A program made the position numbers and the translations under genes. 64,000 nucleotides of DNA from Phoronis australis (lineage: Eukaryota; Animalia; Phoronida): assembly GCA_002633005.1 (NCBI GenBank), contig NMRA01000235.1, forward strand, positions 174,808-238,807, in the 5' to 3' direction. Under the pieces are notes generated by a model, which made no database searches, was not told the DNA's origin, and was given only the letters and a program-made list of their open reading frames with translations. Below are positions 28,643-40,600 of the stretch, piece after piece (position 1 is the first letter of the stretch; each line of letters opens with the position of its first letter).

Positions 28643-31600
28643 TCACACCCAATACTGTTTTGGCTTCAAGGCCGGTGTTGAGCCACGACATAGTGTAATA
28701 TCAGGAAGTACCGAGCAATCTGAAAGCATACTTGTTGACTTATAACTGCCCACAGGAGTGCTCTCCACAAAGTGGTCCACACGCCTGGCTTGAGATTCAC
28801 TGGACAGGTCCGTCGGACTCCTTTGTAGATTGTCGTTATATACAAGCGGGGTCACACGTACTTGAGGGACAGTTGGGCTGACCTCGGTACGCGACACGTC
28901 TGGTGACCTCGGTGGGTGACTGGAACGTGTCGGTGATGAGGTGCCTCTGAAGGTCGTCACGACAACGCCTTTGGGCGTCACCATGCTCACCATAGACTGT
29001 TCATCACTCTGAGAGCAAGTCATGTGATCACGTGACTTCCGGTGTCGTCTATACGCAACGGCCACGACAAGTACAACCACTANTTGAGGGACAGTTGGGC
29101 TGACCTCGGTACGTGACACGTCTGGTGACCTCGGTGGGTGACTGGAACGTGTCGGTGATGAGGTGCCTCTGAAGGTCGTCACGACAACGCCTTTGGGCGT
29201 CACCATGCTCACCATAGATTGTTCATCACTCTGAGAGCAAGTCATGTGATCACGTGACTTCCGGTGTCGTCTATACGCAACGGCCACGACAAGTACAACC
29301 ACTACCAAGATGACTCCAAGACAAACTAGGACAACGACAAGAGTTAAATTTGAGTCACCCACAACATTTCCTTGTTCTCTCGGTAACCTGTCCTTGGACT
29401 CAAGGTTCAGTTCAGTATCCATGGTAACATCCCTGGCTGGTACAACATTATAAGTGGGGGCGGCAGTTTGTGGGAACGTGGATGAAGCAAACTTTGGTAT
29501 AAACGCGGGATGAATAATTCCCTTTAACGTCGTCGCGGAAGACGATATGTTGAACTGAAATCGTCCCGCTGCTGGTGGGACGTTTGTTGCCGTGAGGACG
29601 TAATCAAACCCGTCCACAGCTACACCTGTTGGTATTGGTACACCACTCTTAACAGAATACACAATGCGTTTGTTACTAATATCTGAATGAAAAAATCCGG
29701 ATGTTGGCACCTTAAGGTCAACTTCATAACTGACGTCTCGTTTTGACCTCGTTATACGGACTAGAGTGCCATACTTGGGTGGGTTGGTTATATTGAAGTA
29801 CGGGTCACTTCTTGTGAATAATGCCAACTCTGAGGCATCCAGCATGTCTGTTGTCACAATAAATGATTGACCTGATTGGACAGGCACTGACTGCTGTTTA
29901 ACCAATGGAGTGATGACAATAGTGGCCGTGCTATTCTGCCAAGCTTGTCCATTAAACACAACAAACGTGAAGAAATCGTGCATAAGGGTAGTACCCAGCA
30001 GTACAAACTTAACTCTACCCTCGTTCACATCTGATTGAGAAAAATGTCTAGTTGGTTGACTATTGACGAATATGTCACCTGACAACGGTTTAGAAGAAAT
30101 ATTATACATAATATTACCGGAGTCTCCATTGGTGCGGGTGAAGAGGTTCGTTTGAGTAATAGTGACAGCTGACTGACCCTGCGGTATTCTAATTGCCGAG
30201 TTGTTCACTATTGTAATAGTAAGAGGAGTCACATTCACACGGAATACTTTATAAAAGGCAGGGAAAGCGCCATCTGTTAGCTTGAAATAAAATGTCCCCG
30301 AGCGAGTGGTACCATCGGAAACGAAAATAAGCTTTCCCGCATCAATATGAGCTTGTGTGAATGATTTCACAGAGATGTTCAATTTACCTTGCATGGCGAC
30401 ATGGCCGTTTTCGGGCTCATTGACCAGAGTATACACCAGATTATCAGAGCTGGTGTCTGGGTCAGACGCTCGAAGAATATCACGTGTTATGTTGGTGACG
30501 GAGCCTTGGACAACTTGAATTGTTGGAGTCTGTGTCTCAAGACGAAACCGCTGATCGTTGACAGGAGTCACAGAAATATTAAATGTAAAGACTGAGTCAG
30601 CTCCAGCAAAATCAAGTGAACGTAGCTCAACAGTGAAGTTGAAGGAGTCTTCTGTAGAGTCTGAATCATCGTGCTGATATGAGAGAATGCCCGACTTGAT
30701 GACGGACTCCGGGATTTTCTGTTTCACTTCCACTTCTTCATCATTTACGACCAGCGAGCCGTGACTGGGCAGAGATTGCATGACTATCCTAACGTCATTG
30801 AGAGTAAGTTTTCCTAACCGTTCACGGAGTGGTGACACATCGAGAACGTCGGTGTTAATGGTTGCTTTATCGCCCTCCCGAACGATCAATGGTGATGTTC
30901 GTATCAACTGATTCCTATTACCATCATTAAAATGTTCATAGGAAAGTTTGATATCGAATGCAACATAGTCTAAGCGATCGGCGTAAAGAGTTGAAACATC
31001 AAACACAACCTTATCCTGAGAAGCCCATGACCTTTGACCTTCGATGTGCTCATAAAAAACTGACCCTTTGATTATTTCAGCCTGGGTGAAGGAAGTCACT
31101 TCTAATGTCATATTTCCAGCATCCAAAACTATGCGTCCATATTGTGGTTTGGTCTGTACACTGTAGATGATTGGATGAGTTTGATTAGGATCGTTAGTAG
31201 TCGCTTTCAGTTGTGAAGATGTAATTGGCTGTCGAGTGTTCGGGTAAACAAGAAGTGGCTCGTTGACGTCTAGCCTCAAAACCAGATGATCCACCTCTAT
31301 GTGAAAAGTTTCCCGAGTTCCAAAGTTAACGCCGTCGTTCACCTGGAAGTAAAAAACGCCAGTCTCTCCATCTGAAAGGAAAATGAGAATAATGAGAGGA
31401 CATCATTACATTACAGCGGGTGAATGTTGGTTGGACAGGTAATGCTACGATATCTAGAAGGTGGACAGGTAATGCTACGATATCTAGAAGGTGGACAGGT
31501 AATGCTACGATATCTAGAAGGTGGACAGGTAATGCTAGGATGTCTAGAAGGTGGACGGGGTACCGCTGTGACACCAAGAGAACGCCAAAATTTGAATAAA

Positions 31601-34600
31601 TGTATTCAAGTGTTTTGCACATGGACACAGTCATGTATCTAAGATTCGCTATCATCACAATCTGAAAGCACAGACAGTAACTGATATATATTTAAACTGA
31701 GCATTTTTGGCCATTCTTTGTTTTTCCTTGAATTGTCAGTCAGATAAATACACGACTGTCTGTGGTCTACCATTTTGAAAAGGATAACTTGACTGTGTTT
31801 CATCCAAAAAATCCAAAAAATGCTAACTTTGTCATGTTTCACAATTGGGCTCGGGTGTAATATGTTCAACTTCACACCACTGGCCATGCAGCTGCAAGCC
31901 CTTAAATATGCTCAAAATATACGGTAATCAAACACCTCAATTTAAACCTGTGTTCACTTACACGACTCGTGTTCATTGTGTAGAGACAAGCAATGTCAAT
32001 CACATACTTAGACAGAAATGTAACATTTATAGGGAGGGCAGGGGAACAGTAAATAATTTAAACATCTAAGACAAACAATTAGTCATAGTTCGAGCAACAG
32101 CAAGACCAGAAACACTGGTTTTCCTCTTATTACAAAATCACCTGCAAGAGTTTTTGCCTGAAATAATAACCAAGGTTAATATCACATTCCATCTCCAATG
32201 AACACTGGAAAAGATAACAATCCTGATAAAAATTATGCAGTGGATTGAAATGTCAAAACGCAAGGTTTAGTCAACACAAATGGATTTTTTTCTGTTATTA
32301 AAATGAAATTTTTCCCAACTGTTTTAAAACTTATATTTCACAGCTCTGAATTCAACAGTGCAAGGAAATAATTAACTACAGCTCACAATAGAAGTGAATA
32401 CAAACAAAATGTATAGTAAAGTGATCTGCAACTTGGTCAATTTCGCCTGTGTATGTTTTCACTTAATACCAGCCGAAAATGATGTGCTGATGCATCAAAG
32501 GTCTGTAATCTCTTATTACAGTCTATCAATGCCACCACCATGGTCATGCAGTAATCGAGAATGTTGCTCAAATATCTCAAACTGTGCAATAAGTTGCATG
32601 ATGTTAACAACTTGATTATCATTGTTCATAAAGGTGTCATTGTCTTGTGATGGCAGCTTGTTCATAAAGGTGTTATTGTCTTGTGGCAGTGCAAGTTTTG
32701 CTATACTTTCTAATCACTCAATTTTCTCAAAAGTTCTAAACGGGCTTTGTTTATCCCCTGCACACCATTGCATGGATGTCACCGAACATGGCACTTGACT
32801 AATTGGACTGTGCATTTCAAATCAGTATAATAATTACAAAATGTTGTCTCACCATAACGAATTCAAGAAATAAAACATTGAATATTAATACAATTCTTCA
32901 TACACTCAAAATTAAAGACAAAAATACAAAACAACTATCATCAAAATGTGAAAAACACTTACTAGTGTGAACAAAAAGTACCCTTCCCTCATTGACATCC
33001 TGCTGGGTGAACTCCACGATTGACATTGACTGATCTCCAGTAAATGCCAATATACCGTTAGGAGGAGGTGTAGTAACATATACGAGGGAAGTCGCAGCAG
33101 TGTCGTCATCTATTGCCAGGAGCGTCTCATTGGTAATCAAGGAAGGTGCTCCAAACCATGCACGGAGCTTTCTGTTACGCACCACAACCGGAATCTCATC
33201 GTTGTCTGGCAGAATATTTACAAAAATAGTGTAAGGTTTGCTACGTTTCTCCCAGCCAGGAAGTGCGGCGGTGATGACAAAAAGGTCCTTAGTTGTCTCA
33301 CTCCCATCGTGGGTGTAGTACAGAAACTCATCCACAATATCTGACCACGTGAACTGAACAACAGAGGTTTCTTGCGCAGGTACAATGGACGCTCCTCGTG
33401 TGTATGTTTTCTCCAATCGGCCATATTGTGGCTGCTGTTCAACTTTAAATACGACCACAGCAGTGCTATAGTAGGAACTCAGCACGTGAATAGTTGTCTT
33501 GAGAATGGCTTTACTGGCACCTTCGCGTACTGTGATGTTACGTACTTCTAGAGGCACCCTATTGGGAATGATATCAAATTTTATCTCCACATCCCGAAGA
33601 GTGTGAATACCATTTGTTACATCAACAACAATCAAATCGGAAAAGAAACCAACGTCGGTGTGAACGTAGTCTAGACTGTTTAGATCTAAATCAGCTTGAG
33701 TAAACCTGGTCACCAAGGTAGACTCCAGAAGCTTTAGATAACCATGTTTAGGCTGGGTCACCACCGTGTAGCGCATGTTAGAGGGTTCAGTCTCTGCATG
33801 GTGAACCATCAGTCGACTTCTGTTAATACGGCCCACTTGACCTTCATCAACTATGATTGGCCAGTTGTTTACGATCGTGGGCGGAGTTTGGTCAGTTTTG
33901 GACAGTATTCGAATGTCAAATTTGTCCTGAAGCTGAACATCTTTGGCTTGTACAGAGAATTCAAAATGGTCGTGTGTCTGATAACTGCCACCATGTATGT
34001 ACTTCACGTTACCTCTCACTAGCTGGGCATAACTAAATGTCTGTGCCTCCTGCTTATTCACAATTAATTTGCCAAACTTTGGCATTTTCGTCAACACAAA
34101 CTTGATCTGTTTGTTTTTCAACCCCATGTTGGTTGATACTGAGATATTTTGCGACGTGATAACACACAAACTGGAGGCCTTCACTTGAGCTCCAGTCAAC
34201 TTGGTTATGTTCAGAAATGGTTCTGTAGCTCGGATCTCAAACAAACCCGTTGAATAATACTGGCCGTCTGTGACAATGATGACCGCGCGACCGTAACTCG
34301 ACCCTCGATGTTTAAACAACAACTGTCCGTTTTCAATGTCACTCTGGAGGAACTGATATACTGGCTCTGATGGGTTGGTTGCATTGACGATTTCACCGTT
34401 TGGGATTCCTCGTCGAGTGTATTGAAGGAATGAACTGTTGAAGTTTGTATCTGCATCCGAGTACAAAAGGTCCTCAGAGGTGATTAGACGTTGACCTTCT
34501 TTGACTACGGTAAACACATTATCCGTAACACGTACTGGCTTGTGATCATTGGTCAGAGTGATATTGATGCTGAAGTTCCCGACAATCTCCCCAACTACCA

Positions 34601-37600
34601 CTGACTTTGTATCTAAGCCACTGCTACGTGCCGGCGCACTCTCAAACAGGAACCAATCAAATGCATTCTCTGAGTCATCATGAAAGTAAGCTAAGCGTTC
34701 CTTCTCTATGTCTGTGTTGGAAAATTCTGTAACGTTTTCCACACTGACCATGTCGTCAACGTCACTGTGCATCAGTTTCAGTACTCCATAACTGGGAGGC
34801 TTAACAATAGAGTAATGATATGCGTCTGTACTGGTGGACCTTATAAATAAATCGTCCTTCGTTATAATTTTGCTTTTTCCCTCCAAGACTGCATCCAGAC
34901 CGTTGTTGATGACCCTTAGGTCAGAGCGTTCTGGACGAAATCGGATACGGAACGTATACAAATTCGAGAATCCACTCGACTCAGAAAACAATTTGAACTG
35001 AAATTCATCTTCAACTGGCACGTATGGGGTGCGGTGAAGCTTGTATTGAACACGATTATTCAAAATGTCTGCCTGGGTGAAGTTGGAGTTAAGAGACAGA
35101 CGTTTTGACCTTGAACTCTCTGTCAGCAGACGCAGGTGACCGATGCGCGGTGAACTGATCAATACGTAATATATCGAGGTCAGCTTAATGGACGGGTCGC
35201 TCGATGTACTCAACAGATTGTTCTCAGAAAGAAACATGCTTGTAACACTATCGAGATAAAGTTCGCGGTTCATAACCAATGAAATCTGAGCAGAGACAAA
35301 TGACACAACAAAAATGGCGGCTGGAGCAGCAATACCTTCACACGTGGCAACAAATTTTAACACATCCCCTTTGGAGTGTACATCAGTATGCTTGTATCGA
35401 ATCCGCTTTTTGTTGACTTGTCGCTGTGTGAAGGAAGTCACTTTTTCCCACTGCTGAGCTTGTCCCCTTACACGGCGCTGAATAACGCCATGTTGTGGTG
35501 ATTCTTGAATTGTATACCGTATGTCCAGCTGCTGGTTGGTAGGTGCATTAGTCGTGTAAGTTAAGTTATCTCTTCCAATTATCATGGTGGACATGCGGTA
35601 GACTTGAAGGCCAGTGTTGGTCAAGGGGGTCACTTCAAGAGGGAAAGACTCAATCTGGAAAGGATCAAAATGTCTCATTGAAGGACCAACCAAACTAAGA
35701 GAACAATATTGTTGTACTTTATTTAAAAACAGAAAGTTTAATTTAATTTCTGACTTAATACCAGTTTGTCACCAAATGATTGACGAAACCATGTCTTTTT
35801 AGCATAAATGTGAAAAAAGAAAAGGACATTGATTCTAATTTGATAGAAACACAATGGCATCCATAACACAACCAAATATGGTTTGATGTTACTAAATGAT
35901 CCAGATGATATCTAACAAATGCTACATAATTACACTTTTCTAAATTATCTTTTCATGCAATTTCTGACTTTCTATAAAAATCAAAACAGTGGCGTTTTTG
36001 TCAGCACCTTATGCAAATATGAAACGTTCTAAAAACAACTGGCGCGTTTTGGAGAACAGTACACGTCTGAAAGTGTCACGTAGTACACGTCTGAAAGTGT
36101 CACGTAGTACACGTCTGAAAGTGTCACGTAGTACACGTCTGAAAGTGTCACGTAGTACACGTCTGAAAGTGTCACGTAGTACACGTCTGAAAGTGTCACG
36201 TAGTACACGTCTGAAAGTGTCACGTAGTACACGTCTGAAAGTGTCACGTAGTACACGTCTGAAAGTGTCACGTAGTACACGTCTGAAAGTGTCACGTAGT
36301 ACACGTCTGAAAGTGTCACGTAGTACACGTCTGAAAGTGTCACGTAGTACACGTCTGAAAGTGTCACGTAGTACACGTCTGAAAGTGTCACGTAGTACAC
36401 GTCTGAAAGTGTCACGTAGTACACGTCTGAAAGTGTCACGTAGTACACGTCTGAAAGTGTCACGTAGTACACGTCTGAAAGTGTCACGTAGTACACGTCT
36501 GAAAGTGTCACGTAGTACACGTCTGAAAGTGTCACGTAGTACACGTCTGAAAGTGTCACGTAGTACACGTCTGAAAGTGTCACGTAGTACACGTCTGAAA
36601 GTGTCACGTAGTACACGTCTGAAAGTGTCACGTAGTACACGTCTGAAAGTGTCACGTAGTACACGTCTGAAAGTGTCACGTAGTACACGTCTGAAAGTGT
36701 CACNTGGTGTTTGTTGGACATTATTCTAGTGTTCTACATATTAACCTCTAGATGTCAAGCAGTCTCCGTGGTGAACAAAAATTCGAGAATCACTTTACGA
36801 GAAGGCTAAGAAACCCCTGTAGGTAAAAAATAACTTAGCTCCATAAAAATTCAGATTTAGGGAGATTTTCAAACCAGCTTTAACTGTGATCAACATTTGA
36901 ATGACAGGAGCTCTTGGTTCTTGAGGTTTCAGAGCCACAAAAATAAATCTGCCTGTTGGATGAAGATCTAAGTACATCTTACCCTGAGAACCCAAACACA
37001 ATGTGCCAACCATTTGCTCCCAGTAGCAAAATGAAACCAATTAAATCTCCATGATAGCAAGTAACAGCATGTGTTCACGAAAACAACAACGGATTTAAAA
37101 CTTGACATGTTTCCAATTAAATGCTTTTAGAGACGACTTACATGCACTCTTAGGTTGTCAGTAGTGGTGATACCATCATTCAACCTTAGTGTGAACCATG
37201 CTTTAGCACCACCAGTGTGAATGAAGCTTATCCTTCCTTCCTCGATGTCCTGTTGGGAAAAGGAGTCTTGAGCCATGCCAGGGTAATCCTCGTTTTCAAA
37301 ATACCCCGCACTATCACGACCTTGAGATGACACTATTTCATACAAAAGTCGGTCTGAACGAGAGTCATTGTCTCTAGCGAACAGAACACCGGAGTTGATT
37401 TTTAATTTCGAATTAAAGATCAATTTTAATGTTCGGTCTTTTGGAAGCACAAGTTCGGGTACGTCATTTATGTTCTTAACAAGTATATGCAAGGTGAAAT
37501 TCCATCGTTTCATTTCAGGCAAAGCCTTTTTAACCCTATAAGGAACATCAATAATAATCTGAATGTCATCGTTTGGTTCATCTTCACCATTATGCTTGTA

Positions 37601-40600
37601 ATACACTTTATCACTGTTCAAGTCCAAAAGGGTGAAATATTCTCTGTTCCGTCTTCTTCGTGTTCGCGACGAAACTTCGATTAAACCATAGTTTGGTTTT
37701 TTGATGACACGGAAAATAATACTGGACTCCCGGAGACCGAAGCGTTTATAATCAAAGGCAAGCTTGACGATTCCTGACGATATCAGAGCCTGCTGACCTT
37801 CATCTACTAGCAAGCTTCCCACATGCACGGAATCTGAGCTGTCATCAGACTGACATGCCCCATTTGGGCAAACACAAGTGTACTGGTTGACACTGAACTC
37901 TCGACACTGCATAGGATCTTTACAAGGATTCAATGAACAGGGAAATGTAAACTGACAGTTTACATTGATTCCCCTACTTATTTGAGCATGAGGAAACCCC
38001 AACACTTTTCCTCCAATTTCAATGTTTTTCACACAGCCAATGACAGAGGTTGTAACAAGTTTAAAACGATCTGCTTGCTTCTGAGCTTGAGATGAAATCC
38101 CTCCAATATACAGATGTCGAGACAGTGCCAGTGCTGCCCCCATTTGAAATGTTACGGTACTAGCAATTTGAGACCCATCCAGGGCAAGCTTTAAAGATGT
38201 CCGGGAAAAGGTGACAAATGCACTATGCCAAGTGCCATCGTTGACAACCCTCGGTGACCGTATCGTATTACGGTCCACTATGTTATGTCCAATAGAGGCT
38301 AAAAGATGTCCTCCTTTGATTTCTATGGCAATGAAAGCTGAGTCTCGACTTGCCCCTGAGTTAAACATGAGCACCGCATCCTCGGATCGTGTTCTTATGT
38401 TGCAACTAAATGTCACGGAATCCCGAGAGACGACATGGGAGAAGGCAATAAAAGCCGACTGATTATACAATGTTATGGCGTCAGTAACACCAGCACCAAA
38501 CTCCTCTCTGCAGTCCCATGTGACGTGTTCCACTTTGGAATCTGCGTTGGCTTTGGCAACATAGGCCAGGTCATGGGTATTGTAAATTACATTGCGCAAG
38601 CACCCTCGAAAACTGTGCATTTCATGGGCAAACATTTTGGCAGGACGGCCGAGGTAGACGCCCCTGTTAACGTTGAGAGACCGCAGAGAGCCGGGTGTTT
38701 CACCACTGGTCAAGTGGTCACTATCCACTGTCAGTACACACTTCTGGGCTCTACGTTCAAACTTCAAGCTGTGCCATTGGCCATCATCAAATCGAATATC
38801 TGAAAAACGTTTTTGTTTGTTTATTGCGACAGGAAGCACTAACGATATTCAAACAGACATTCATGTTACAAGCAAGATTTGAGAAATATTAAACCTAACT
38901 GTATTTAGCTTTAACTGAAGTCATAAGTGCAAATGATACTATACCACATGACAACTTGACGTCAGCCAAAGTTCATCACTGGACAGGCAAGATTTTCAAT
39001 TTCAAACACTCGCACAGAACAGCTTGTAGAAAATATCTGTATGTTTGACTCTCATCAGTTTTACATAAAAAATAGTTCTCAATTAATGCACTTTCATCAT
39101 TTTTCAAAGGTTCAATACAATTATTGTTAAACTGCTGAAACTGATCAATGAATGGCATAACCTCAGGACTGTTATTAACTCAATGTGTCAAGCAACTCAC
39201 TAGGTGGCGACTTCAGAAGCATCTCCCCTGACCCCAGCTGAACTCTGACCTGCACGACCCCATGTCGTAGTTCAATGACTAAATAGTCTGTAGCACCAGT
39301 TGAAGACATTATGACACCAGATGGCCTCACAGTGTTGAACTGCAGTGACACAGCTGATGTAGAGACCGAGTGGTAGACCCTGGAAGAAGGCACCCATAGA
39401 AGACTGTCTCCATAGAAAGACACTGAAACCAAAACAAACATTGCTGGTCAAAAGTTAACTCTGACTCTTGAATTGCACCCTTATGTTGAAAGCTATAACA
39501 AGGACTTTAACATTTTCCTCTCAAGGAGCATTAATGGCGTCCAAATTGCACTGCAATTTGCAGTAGCAAACATTTTTGATTCTGGTCAGCACACCACCTG
39601 TGGTCTCATCGCGCGACCAATGAGTATAAATCTGAAAAGGTCTCTGCCCCAATCAGGACTCACACCCGATAACGTCTACAAAGCATGCAGACACTCTAGT
39701 CCACTGGGTCATTACGACCACCAGTCAAATACAGAAATACAAAGACTTACTGAATAGTAGGGGACATCTCAGCCTCTAACTCCATAGTGTATATAAATAA
39801 AATTCTTAAACCAGAGTTTGGGGGCAAGATGCCCACTACTAAGCCTGTTTGGATTTCTGTACTATGCCAGTGGTCCCTATGGCTCAGAGGACTAAAGCGC
39901 CTGCACGGTTAGCAGATGGTCCCGGGTTTGAGACCAGTGTTTGGGGCAAAAATCTTTTCAGCCATACACGTATTCATTGGTCACATGATCCGCCATAAGT
40001 GGTATGCTGACCAGACTTGTAAATGATTTGTGATAATTGCAGTATGGTGAGAAAATTGAGGCAAATGTCAAAGGCAACTTCAAATTTACGAGTGGTGAAA
40101 TTCTTTCTTCGGCTTCTTTCCACTTCGCACTCAAAGTCGAGTATTCTGAAGAGGTTCTCATTCATTCCCTTGTACACATTCATTCCCTTGCATGAGGTCA
40201 GAGGAGCAGGAGACACTTATGCGCAATGCTCAACTGTCTGCCAGTGAAGCCAGGATTCAAACCAGGGTCTCCCAAACAGCAGTCCAGAGCTCAAACCTCT
40301 AAGCCACACCGTCTCCGCAGTATCAATTATTGTCTGTTTTAGTACACTGTCACAAAAAATCATCAGAATTTCTACATTCAAATTAAAAGCCACAACTAGA
40401 AAGCTGTTGAGTTCCTCCTGATTTTGTGTCCATTTGCCCCGTGTGATGTCTCACTTTTTCATTTAAATTGTACATTCAATGTTGCCATCAGCATACTGTA
40501 ATGAGCAAGTATAGTAAGCTGTGCATGATAAGTGATAGTGCACACATAACCTGCTTGGTCAATATACAAGGAGGATGTCATATCTGGTGTTAGCTAATAA

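Noticed and set aside
35989-36729. 246-aa and 230-aa ORFs (STRLKVSR and VTLSDVYY repeats)
   Set aside because: They are translations of the 24-bp intronic minisatellite, with no splice or homology support.
39872-39950. Functional tRNA gene
   Set aside because: A and B boxes are present, but no proper acceptor stem or cloverleaf. Treated as a SINE head.
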